In this document: positions 7,147 to 15,058 of the stretch, piece by piece
Layout of the letters: each line of letters opens with the position of its first letter
Numbering within the stretch: position 1 is the first letter of the stretch
NCBI GenBank assembly: GCA_016840165.1
Contig: JAEOSU010000015.1
Coordinates: forward strand, 1 to 15,058
Reading direction: 5' to 3'
Length of the DNA: 15,058 nt
From: Promethearchaeota archaeon
Lineage (GTDB): Archaea > Asgardarchaeota > Lokiarchaeia > Sigyniarchaeales > SOKP01
Translations under genes and position numbers: made by a program
The notes under the pieces: model-generated
What the model was told of the DNA's origin: nothing
Database searches by the model: none
What the model saw: only the letters and a program-made list of their open reading frames with translations

Positions 7147-7161
7147 AAGAGTATTAATTTC

Positions 7162-7974
7162 ATGGACACCAAAGAATTATTTATTTTAAAATTGGGAGGC
7201 AGTCTTCTAACTGATAAAAGTCAACCCAACTCGATTCGAAAGGATATGGTAAAACAGGTTGTTCAACAAATAATCGATGCTCATGAAAGATTAATAGTCA
7301 TTCATGGAGGTGGGTCTTTTGGGCATCCTCTTGCAAAAAAGTATCATATCTCTAATGGACTAAATAAAACTATCCCAAAACAAATTCTTGGACTTACAGA
7401 GACCCACCAAGCGATGAATAAATTTAACTCCTTTATAATGAATGCATTCTTAGAAAAAAGTTATCCAACTTTATCGATTCAAACTTCCAGTTTATTTATT
7501 CAAGAATCTCAAAAAATTTTAACGCATTCAATTGATATTATAGAAACTACCTTAGACCTTAATATATTACCTATCTTATATGGCGATATAATTCTTGATA
7601 AGAGTGGTTCGTTCTCAATAATTTCAGGAGATCAAATAATATTTCAACTTTGTGAACATTTGAAAAAATATCATATCTCAAAAATCATTTTTGCAATGGA
7701 AGTTGATGGAATCTATCTTGATGAGAGAGATGGTAATGGGAAATATAAACTAGCGAAAAATATTTATGCGAATGAGCTAAATAATTTAAGGTTAGCAGAT
7801 TTAGGCCAGAAAATAGATGTAACTGGTGGAATAAAAGGTAAAATCGAAAATATAAAGAAAATGTTAACCTATAACATCCCTATTCAATTGATTAATGGAT
7901 TGAATGAAGGATATATAATGAAGGCTTTGAAAAATCAGCCTATTAATTGTACAAATATATTAACTAATAAGTGA
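7162..7974 (+). CDS. ipk: Isopentenyl phosphate kinase (amino-acid kinase family)
   Basis: ILKLGGSLLTDK, IHGGGSFGH (IPK His), PILYGD, IISGD and DVTGGIKGK; lies between mvk and fni. Confidence 0.92.
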   Translation: MDTKELFILKLGGSLLTDKSQPNSIRKDMVKQVVQQIIDAHERLIVIHGGGSFGHPLAKKYHISNGLNKTIPKQILGLTETHQAMNKFNSFIMNAFLEKSYPTLSIQTSSLFIQESQKILTHSIDIIETTLDLNILPILYGDIILDKSGSFSIISGDQIIFQLCEHLKKYHISKIIFAMEVDGIYLDERDGNGKYKLAKNIYANELNNLRLADLGQKIDVTGGIKGKIENIKKMLTYNIPIQLINGLNEGYIMKALKNQPINCTNILTNK

Positions 7975-7983
7975 TTTTAAAGT

Positions 7984-9111
7984 ATGACAAGTTCAAAAGA
8001 TGAAAAAGATAAAAAGCACGAATTAAATCAATCAAATGATATAATGCGAAGAAAATTGGAGCATCTCAAGATTCCTATTGAATATAATGTACAACATAAG
8101 GAAAATTATTTTGAAGATATAAAATTACTCCATCATTCTGCTCCAGAGGTAAATTTTGAGGAAGTCAATTTATCAACTAAATTCTTTAATAAACTCATTT
8201 CAGCACCCATATGCATCACAGCGATCACAGGAGGACACCCAATTTCTAAGGAAATAAATGAAACCTTAGCTAAAGCAGCAGAAAAAGAAAAAATTATTAT
8301 GAGTGTGGGAAGTCAACGAGTTGGATTAATAGATCCTGATTCAATTGAATCTTTTAAAGTTGTAAGAAAAGTAGCTCCCAATATTCCTCTAATTGGAAAT
8401 ATTGGTATTGGTCAAATAAGCAGTCCTGATTTTAATCTTGAAGATTTTGAGGAATATATTGATATGATTAAAGCTGATATAATGGCAATTCATTTCAATG
8501 CGTTGCATGAACTTGTACAAGATGAGGGAGATATTTCTTACAAGAATTTTCGCAAAAATTTTCGTCTGATACGGGAAAAATATAAGATTCCTATAATTGC
8601 AAAAGAAGTAGGAACGGGATTAAATTCGGAATTGACTTCCGTTTTAGATGGACTCGGATTTGATGGATTTGATGTGGGAGGTACTGGAGGAACAAGTTTC
8701 GCTGCTATAGAAGAAAGACGCAATAAATATAACTCAGAAAAATATACGAGAAATCCTGCAGAAGTATTTAGGGAATGGGGGATACCTACACCAGTTAGCA
8801 TTATATATGCGAGAAAAGTATCGCAAAAACCTATTATAGCTACAGGAGGGTTAAGAACAGGAATAGATATTGCAAAATCGATTGCACTTGGGGCCGATCT
8901 AGGTGGTTTTGCGTATAAATTTCTCTTGACAGCATGGGATGATATTAAAAATCATAGTGGTGATACTACTCTAAAAGAAATAGTAACACTAAAAAATGAA
9001 TTGCGATCGAGTTTATGGTTAATGAATATTCAAAATATTGAACACTTGAAATTAAATACGAAAAAGTATGTAATCCTTGGAAAATTATATCAATGGATTC
9101 ATCAGAAATAA
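7984..9111 (+). CDS. fni: Type 2 (FMN-dependent) isopentenyl-diphosphate delta-isomerase
   Basis: RKLEHL, ITAITGG, GSQR, IGNIG, HFNALHE, AKEVG.G, GGTSF, WGIPT and ATGGLR.G.DIAKSIALGA. Confidence 0.93.
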   Translation: MTSSKDEKDKKHELNQSNDIMRRKLEHLKIPIEYNVQHKENYFEDIKLLHHSAPEVNFEEVNLSTKFFNKLISAPICITAITGGHPISKEINETLAKAAEKEKIIMSVGSQRVGLIDPDSIESFKVVRKVAPNIPLIGNIGIGQISSPDFNLEDFEEYIDMIKADIMAIHFNALHELVQDEGDISYKNFRKNFRLIREKYKIPIIAKEVGTGLNSELTSVLDGLGFDGFDVGGTGGTSFAAIEERRNKYNSEKYTRNPAEVFREWGIPTPVSIIYARKVSQKPIIATGGLRTGIDIAKSIALGADLGGFAYKFLLTAWDDIKNHSGDTTLKEIVTLKNELRSSLWLMNIQNIEHLKLNTKKYVILGKLYQWIHQK

Positions 9112-9125
9112 GTAGGAAATAGTGG

Positions 9126-9674
9126 TTATTCATCTCCCCATCGTTTTATATCACTTTTAATGCCAATATGATCTAAGATTCGGCCAACAAAATACTCATT
9201 AAGCTCATTTACACTTTTAGGTTTAATATAATAAGATGGAATAGGCGGAGCAATTATCACACCTAATCTTGCAAGTTTGAGCATATTCTCAAGATGTATT
9301 GCACTAAATGGGCTTTCTCTAACGACTAATATTAGTTTTCTTTTTTCTTTTATCATCACATCAGCAGCTCTTGTAATTAAATTATCCGCATACCCATTTG
9401 CAATTGCTGCTAAAGTTTTCATTGTACATGGAATAATTACCATTGCATCTATTAGATATGATCCACTCGCAGGTCCAGCGGTTAAATCATCAACATCATA
9501 TGTTTTATTTGCTAACTTTTGAATATCTATTTGCTTATAGTCCGTTTCAATAGTAATTAACTTTTTTGCGATTTTGGAGATAATTAATTCCGTTTTAATT
9601 CCCTTTAGATTAAGTGTTTCTAACAATTTTACCGCAAGAGATATTCCTGAGGCCCCAGTAATAGCAATTAACAT
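9126..9674 (-). CDS. ubiX: UbiX-family flavin prenyltransferase (makes prFMN for the UbiD decarboxylase)
   Basis: IAITGASG, PASGS, PCTMKTLAAIANG.ADNLITRAADV..KE.RKL.LV.RESP, HLENML and RW near the C-terminus. SD-like AGGTGA at 9682-9687 on the minus strand. Confidence 0.95.
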   Translation of the reverse strand: MLIAITGASGISLAVKLLETLNLKGIKTELIISKIAKKLITIETDYKQIDIQKLANKTYDVDDLTAGPASGSYLIDAMVIIPCTMKTLAAIANGYADNLITRAADVMIKEKRKLILVVRESPFSAIHLENMLKLARLGVIIAPPIPSYYIKPKSVNELNEYFVGRILDHIGIKSDIKRWGDE

Positions 9675-9766
9675 AGATTTCTCACCTTTCTTTTATCAAT
9701 TCTTATTAATCTAACTCTTTTTTAATAATTATATTAATTATTAGGTTAAAAAAATTAATTGAAAAA

Positions 9767-10834
9767 CTAATATTTTCTATTAAATACAAAATTAAGCAAA
9801 TCCTCAAAGAACTCGAATTCAGAGGTATTCATTACGGATTTCAATTTGATTAGAGCATCTTTAGCTTCTCTATAATACTTTTCCGCTAACTTTTTGCTTG
9901 TGTTGGCTACATCTGCTTTAATAAACAAGGATCTAACTTTTTCAACCTCTCTATCCGTCATTTCTTGTTTTTCTATTAACTGATGTAATTGAAAAGCATC
10001 TTCTCCTTCTAAACGATTTATGGCTTCAATTAATAAACAGGTTTTCTTTCCTTCCCTAATATCACCATCTGTAGGTTTTCCAGTAACTTTTTCATCTCCA
10101 AATGTACCTAAGATATCATCAATTATTTGAAATATAATTCCTAAATTAATTCCATAAGTAGACAAAAGAGATTTGTATTTTTCATCTACTTTAGCATAAT
10201 TTGCACCAATGAGTATCGATTTTTCTAATAAAGCACCAGTCTTTAATGATATCATTTCAATATAATCTGAAATAGATAAATTCTTTTGATTTACCAAATC
10301 AATTTCGATTAAAACACCATTAGCAATTTCAATAAAGGCGTTTTTATAAAGCTCTATTGCATTCAAATTTAACTCGTTTTCAAAATTATTATTCATAAAT
10401 GCTTCTAACCCTAAGAAAAAAGCGGAATCTCCTCCAATGATTCCAATCGCATTCCCAAAATCTAATTTATTCATTTTCTTTAATTTGTAATTTTCATGAT
10501 AGTTCTGGAATCTATAGTGAAATGCAGGATTTCCTCTCCTAAAATTATCTTTGTCTATGATATCATCATGAACTAATGAAGCATTATGAAGAAATTCAAC
10601 CCCAACACTTGAAAAAATAATTCTCTCATCTTCTTCTTTGCTAAAGGCATTAAAAGTAGCAATAGAGAGTAAAGGTCGGATTCTTTTACCACCTGATAGG
10701 AAATAATCTTCCAATTCAGAATAATACATATTTAAGAATCGATTATCTACGTCTTCAATTTTTTTATTATAGATCGTTTCTATTGCTTTTTCGATTTTAG
10801 GCTTGTATACTTTTAAATATTCGATAAATTTCAT
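9767..10834 (-). CDS. Trans-polyprenyl diphosphate synthase (GGPP synthase/IdsA family); chain length uncertain
   Basis: GGKRIRP, FARM LVHDDIID..RRG, KTGAL, SARM FQIIDDILG and GKP...DIREGKKT. ATG 10834 (MKFIEY) is preferred over the ORF-track GTG 10846, but the start is uncertain. Confidence 0.88.
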   Translation of the reverse strand: MKFIEYLKVYKPKIEKAIETIYNKKIEDVDNRFLNMYYSELEDYFLSGGKRIRPLLSIATFNAFSKEEDERIIFSSVGVEFLHNASLVHDDIIDKDNFRRGNPAFHYRFQNYHENYKLKKMNKLDFGNAIGIIGGDSAFFLGLEAFMNNNFENELNLNAIELYKNAFIEIANGVLIEIDLVNQKNLSISDYIEMISLKTGALLEKSILIGANYAKVDEKYKSLLSTYGINLGIIFQIIDDILGTFGDEKVTGKPTDGDIREGKKTCLLIEAINRLEGEDAFQLHQLIEKQEMTDREVEKVRSLFIKADVANTSKKLAEKYYREAKDALIKLKSVMNTSEFEFFEDLLNFVFNRKY

Positions 10835-10849
10835 TTTTAATAACACTTC

Positions 10850-11956
10850 TTACATTAATTTTCTCACAACAATTTCAGAACTACGGTGATTTTCCCATAA
10901 AGATAAGAATTTCTTTAAGGATTCATCATTTTGAAAGATTCTGTCCCGAAACTCACGCTTTAGTTTTAAAACCTTTAAAAAATTCCTATCTAATGTTTTC
11001 TCATAGGTTATTCCTAACTTATCTAATCTATCTTTTTTTTCACATGTATTAATTGTATCTATTGCAAATTTACCAGACATCATAGCATATGGGATTCCCT
11101 TTCCGCTTATTGGATCCACAATTCCTCCAGCATCTCCGACGGCAAATACATTATCATTATAAAGTTGCAGTCTTAGACCAACTGGAATTAGATGAGGTTG
11201 AAAAACTTTCATTTCTGAATTTATTAAACTCTTTGCTACAAAAGGGAGAGAAGTGAATTTTTTAAATTCCTCTCGGGAATTTTTAATCAAATTAATTTGA
11301 TTGCCCCAACCAACTGTTATGTTCTCTGCTTTTGGGAACAACCAAGCATAACCCACGGCAATTAAGTCTTTTATCCCAAAGAATAAATGAACCGTATCTT
11401 CTCCTAGATCTTGTTTAATTTTACTTTTAGTGGTTTTCATTTCTTGTGTAACTGTTAAAATTAGGTCCTTACTGCTGAAATAGGGCCATTTTAAGGTTTT
11501 TAACGTAAAAGATGTAACACCATCCGCTGCAATTAAGTATTTCGTCAAATAAGTGTAATTTTTGGTGGTAACTTGGTAATGATTCTTTAATTTCTTTACA
11601 CTTATTAAGGGTTCTTGCTCTTTTAATTTTGCACCGCTATCAATAGCCATATCTGTCAAGAATTTATCAAAAACATTCCTCCATATCACTGCCCCTTTAC
11701 CTTTCTTTGAAAAAACTTCTCCGTCAGTATGATGGAGCTCCAATGATTCAATTATTCGGCTAATTTTTTCTTCGGGATAGTCTATTTCTTCTACTAGTTC
11801 CCATGCTATTGCACCTCCACATGCTTTATACCTTCCATTAACACTTACGTTCTCCTTTTCAAGGAGACAAGTATTATATCCATTCTCTGCTGCGGTTTTA
11901 GCAGCGAATGATCCTCCGGGTCCAGCTCCTACCACAATGATATCATATTCTTTCAT
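10850..11956 (-). CDS. Geranylgeranyl reductase-family FAD oxidoreductase (DGGGPL reductase-like)
   Basis: YDIIVVGAGPGG, KACGGAI, R..FDKFL, IAADG, GYAWLFPK and VGDAGG.VDPISGKGIPYAM; directly upstream of the prenyl synthase. Confidence 0.85.
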   Translation of the reverse strand: MKEYDIIVVGAGPGGSFAAKTAAENGYNTCLLEKENVSVNGRYKACGGAIAWELVEEIDYPEEKISRIIESLELHHTDGEVFSKKGKGAVIWRNVFDKFLTDMAIDSGAKLKEQEPLISVKKLKNHYQVTTKNYTYLTKYLIAADGVTSFTLKTLKWPYFSSKDLILTVTQEMKTTKSKIKQDLGEDTVHLFFGIKDLIAVGYAWLFPKAENITVGWGNQINLIKNSREEFKKFTSLPFVAKSLINSEMKVFQPHLIPVGLRLQLYNDNVFAVGDAGGIVDPISGKGIPYAMMSGKFAIDTINTCEKKDRLDKLGITYEKTLDRNFLKVLKLKREFRDRIFQNDESLKKFLSLWENHRSSEIVVRKLM

Positions 11957-12083
11957 TTGAAACTCAATACTCTAAAATTATTAGTAAAAAAAAGAGAAGT
12001 AGACTGTTTAAAAATACTTTCAAATAATCAATACTCTTATTTATATAGCAATTTAAAGAACTAAAATAATCTTGTTATTTTAC

Positions 12084-14855
12084 TCAAATTTCGATTTTTA
12101 TAGTTACAATTACATTAGGGCCGATAGATAGCTTAATATTGTTCTTGTTTATGGATTCTATTGTTGCTTTAATCGGATTTCGAGGAGTTTCTTCCATTAG
12201 ATTAACGATTTCCGCATTCTTGATTGTAATAAATGGAGTAAATTTAAGTTGAGTTTGTTGTTTTTTTGACGTAATGTTATATAGACGGATAATTAGGAAT
12301 TCTCCTACTTCTGCTTTCTTGAGAACACTTAGCATGATATTTTTGTTATCAATTTCGAGAAAACTGAGCGTTTGAGGGAGATAAGGCGTGATAGAGATCT
12401 CTGTTCTTTGTGAATATGGATCTATTTTTCTTAATGGATTAATAAATCTATCTATCACACCTAACTGAGATTTCAATGTTGGAGGAACGATAGGAAATAG
12501 GGAACAATTAAATTCTTTTGCTTTTGCTGGTATTTCAGCATCGATCCAATTTTTTTTATTATTTTCAATAAATAAGGATAATTCAAATTTATGCTTTCCA
12601 AGACATTGTGCATCAGGTGTTTGAAGTGCGGGTCCAGCATTATTTCTTCTAGCATCCATTTTCTGTCTTGAAAGCGAACCAACACAACGTAGGAGAGTGA
12701 TCGCTAAAGTTATTGTACCATCAACGTTTTTAATGGCTTCATATTCAGGTAATCCACGATTAGCAACAGCAAAGCAAACAGATTCATCATAGACAGTAAC
12801 AAAGTCTTTTTGATGATTTGTCGGTGAGGGTTTCTGCATCCATCTTTTTCCTTCAGGCAGTTCAACATTTCTCGGAACGACATAGAAATGACCATCAGCA
12901 AAAACTTGTTTAGTGATTATCTTGGAAGGAAATAAGACTCTAATTCGGTGGTCTTTGCTATTATTTGTTATTTGAATAGAAAAATCTATACGACGGATGT
13001 TCTCATATAATGATATAGACAGATCTATATAATTATCGATCAAATTTTCTGTTCTTTTCAAACGATCTTCAGAAAGAGATGAAGGTAGCATCATTTTCAT
13101 CTTAATAATTAATGTATTCTTGATAGAACTCTTGGTAACTTTATTGATTTCAACAATTGAACTATTCGTAGTCTCAAATTTTTTATCAACCTGTTTCCGA
13201 TAAGGACCAGAAAAATCATATTCATCACCCCAATCACCAACGTCCTCAAAAAAACAAATATCTTCATATATTTTTTGAGTTTGTTTATCAAATATATTGA
13301 TTCGACCATCCTTTTTAGCTTCAACTCGGAAAAATTCATTTTCAATAATCTTATCTAGAATCTTATCCTTTATCTCTTGTTTTAAGGGATTTTGTCCAAG
13401 AAGAATTTGATATTGTTTAAATCCAAATGCTGGAACATCCGCTATAAATGATATTTGATAACTTTTTTGATCTTCGATTGTAAATCTCGGATTCTCTTCA
13501 GTACTCAATATTTCATATTCAATATGGTTGTTATTATCATCTAATATTCTGAAAGCCTCTAAGGATTTATCACGTTTCCTTTTGATTAATAATAAGTAAT
13601 TAAATTTCACAATATCCCTTCTTCTCCATGGAAGAGGGTTATAAATTAAAAAAGGAATCACATTCTCGTTATCTTGGTTAATTTTGATAAGATTTAATAG
13701 ATACAACCATGATAATTTGTAAATCTGTCGAGCGATCTGTTCTGACCAATCAAAGCGAGTAATCATTTCTTTATGCACTTCATCAATGCTACAACCACAT
13801 ATTGAATCATGTGGATGATTCTTAATGAGCCATTTCAGCCCTAAACGTAAGTATGAGTTTGGATATTTAAAATTCTGAAATTTATCTATTGCCCATGTTA
13901 TGCCAGAAAGAGGTTCAGCATATTTTTCATAAAAATACTCGATTGCGGAATTTCGCTGCTTAATCCACATTCGAGCTGAAAGTACGCCTGATAAAAGGTG
14001 CGAATGCTTAGCTCCCCGTAATTCTCCTTGATAATCCTTTAATTTAGGCTGTAATTCTAAAAGTTTTGAGATATAATATTCAAAATCATTTTGCTCCATG
14101 ACTATATTTGGGTTCATTTCATTCCACTGCCTTACAATCTCTGGTACTTCTGAGTATGCTTCAAAATGATCACTTCCATTATTTAATAAAACGATAGGAG
14201 TCGCAGTATAATGCTCTAAATCTGAGATAACTCGTTCAATTTTTTGTAAGGCTTTTATATATTTTCCATTTTCTTTTGTGACATTTAGTTGGGCTAGTGA
14301 TCCATATCCTCGGAGTAAATGTATCCCTATTAGTGAGGCTGAATTACCGGGGGCTTTCCAGACAAATTCCATATTAAGCTCATTTTCTTCAAATTCATCT
14401 CCAAAACCTCGTTCAAAAATTATAGATGCAATATCAAAACCACTAACAATCTGAGGCAATTGAGCAATATGTCCAAATGGATCGGGAATATAGGCTGCTT
14501 TCATTACTCTGCCCAAACCCTCCGCAATGGAGATACCAAAAATAAAATTTCTAATCAAAGATTCACCACTAATGAGAAACTCATCAGGAAGAATATACAT
14601 AGGACCTACTGATAATCTGCCTTCTTTAACAAATCTCCGAATATCCTCTTCAGCATGAGGTCTTACCTCTAAATAATCTTCAACAGGAATAACTTGTCCG
14701 TCTAAGGTGAAATTTCGATAATTTGGATTAGTTCTTAATATTTGAAGTAACTTATCCATCATTAGAACAAGTTTTAATCGAAATTCTTGAAATGGGAGAT
14801 ACCATTCTCGATCCCAGTGTGTTTCAGGAACGATAATAATATTATTTGTTTTCAT
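12084..14855 (-). CDS. Glycoside hydrolase family 38 alpha-mannosidase (MngB/mannosylglycerate hydrolase-like)
   Basis: THWDREWY, LDGQ, GP.YILPDEFL.SGESL.RN, PDPFGH (nucleophile), NGSDH, HPHDSICGCS, D.GDEYD and N.GL.EYE; 923 aa. Confidence 0.9.
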   Translation of the reverse strand: MKTNNIIIVPETHWDREWYLPFQEFRLKLVLMMDKLLQILRTNPNYRNFTLDGQVIPVEDYLEVRPHAEEDIRRFVKEGRLSVGPMYILPDEFLISGESLIRNFIFGISIAEGLGRVMKAAYIPDPFGHIAQLPQIVSGFDIASIIFERGFGDEFEENELNMEFVWKAPGNSASLIGIHLLRGYGSLAQLNVTKENGKYIKALQKIERVISDLEHYTATPIVLLNNGSDHFEAYSEVPEIVRQWNEMNPNIVMEQNDFEYYISKLLELQPKLKDYQGELRGAKHSHLLSGVLSARMWIKQRNSAIEYFYEKYAEPLSGITWAIDKFQNFKYPNSYLRLGLKWLIKNHPHDSICGCSIDEVHKEMITRFDWSEQIARQIYKLSWLYLLNLIKINQDNENVIPFLIYNPLPWRRRDIVKFNYLLLIKRKRDKSLEAFRILDDNNNHIEYEILSTEENPRFTIEDQKSYQISFIADVPAFGFKQYQILLGQNPLKQEIKDKILDKIIENEFFRVEAKKDGRINIFDKQTQKIYEDICFFEDVGDWGDEYDFSGPYRKQVDKKFETTNSSIVEINKVTKSSIKNTLIIKMKMMLPSSLSEDRLKRTENLIDNYIDLSISLYENIRRIDFSIQITNNSKDHRIRVLFPSKIITKQVFADGHFYVVPRNVELPEGKRWMQKPSPTNHQKDFVTVYDESVCFAVANRGLPEYEAIKNVDGTITLAITLLRCVGSLSRQKMDARRNNAGPALQTPDAQCLGKHKFELSLFIENNKKNWIDAEIPAKAKEFNCSLFPIVPPTLKSQLGVIDRFINPLRKIDPYSQRTEISITPYLPQTLSFLEIDNKNIMLSVLKKAEVGEFLIIRLYNITSKKQQTQLKFTPFITIKNAEIVNLMEETPRNPIKATIESINKNNIKLSIGPNVIVTIKIEI

Positions 14856-14868
14856 AAATCATCTTTCT

Positions 14869-15057
14869 CTATTTATAATTTAATACTGTTTTTCCCACTA
14901 CACTAGAGTGAGAGCTTATTCCGAGTAAATCTAATAATGTTGGTACCATATCTGTCGTTTTACAATAGTTCAATTCCATAGGAGGTATATCTGGAGAACC
15001 TCCTATTATAAATGGGACAATCATCGATTTTCTCAGGCCAATATCATGGGAAAAGGG
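14869..15057 (-). CDS. 3' end of an alkaline-phosphatase-superfamily protein (NPP/phosphodiesterase/sulfatase-like), truncated by the window edge
   Basis: Manual translation: PFSHDIGLRKSMIVPFIIGGSPDIPPMELNYCKTTDMVPTLLDLLGISSHSSVVGKTVLNYK*. It shows the H..G....M.VP.I..G and D..PT.L.LLG...GK pattern. The stop is 13 nt before the GH38 start. Confidence 0.65.
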   Translation of the reverse strand, partial: PFSHDIGLRKSMIVPFIIGGSPDIPPMELNYCKTTDMVPTLLDLLGISSHSSVVGKTVLNYK

Positions 15058-15058
15058 A

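Noticed and set aside
9723-9743. Perfect 9-3-9 inverted repeat TAATAATTA-TAT-TAATTATTA upstream of ubiX
   Set aside because: Composed only of A/T in an extremely AT-rich spacer, so it is plausible by chance. Cannot be supported as an operator or terminator.
174-13345. Short alternative ORFs in the track (174-401, 2270-2503, 3295-3522, 4521-4718, 4867-5124, 5484-5693, 5867-6058, 8538-8801, 9277-9522, 12473-12685, 12710-12901, 13109-13345)
   Set aside because: All are antisense or out-of-frame shadows of well-supported genes, with no recognisable motifs.

Overview
AT-rich archaeal-type window, probably from an Asgard archaeon such as Lokiarchaeia (inferred from gene content and protein style, not proven). 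It holds a nearly complete isoprenoid-precursor cluster. The + strand encodes HMG-CoA synthase with an extra C-terminal Zn-ribbon/OB (DUF35-like) domain, class II HMG-CoA reductase, a UbiD-family decarboxylase, aconitase X large and small subunits, mevalonate kinase, isopentenyl phosphate kinase and type 2 IPP isomerase. Converging on the - strand are a geranylgeranyl reductase, a trans-prenyl diphosphate synthase and UbiX, preceded by a GH38 alpha-mannosidase and the 3' end of an alkaline-phosphatase-superfamily gene. Together these give the modified (Aeropyrum-type, anhydromevalonate phosphate) mevalonate pathway in one locus. The standout feature is in the mevalonate kinase gene, which most likely starts at ATG 6180. 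It is interrupted inside its conserved GE|H motif by a 31-nt, frame-breaking, stop-containing insert (6225-6255). The insert's ends fall exactly at the cleavage positions of a bulge-helix-bulge motif embedded in a long exon-exon stem. This is a candidate archaeal pre-mRNA intron, removed by the tRNA splicing endonuclease, in a lipid-precursor gene.
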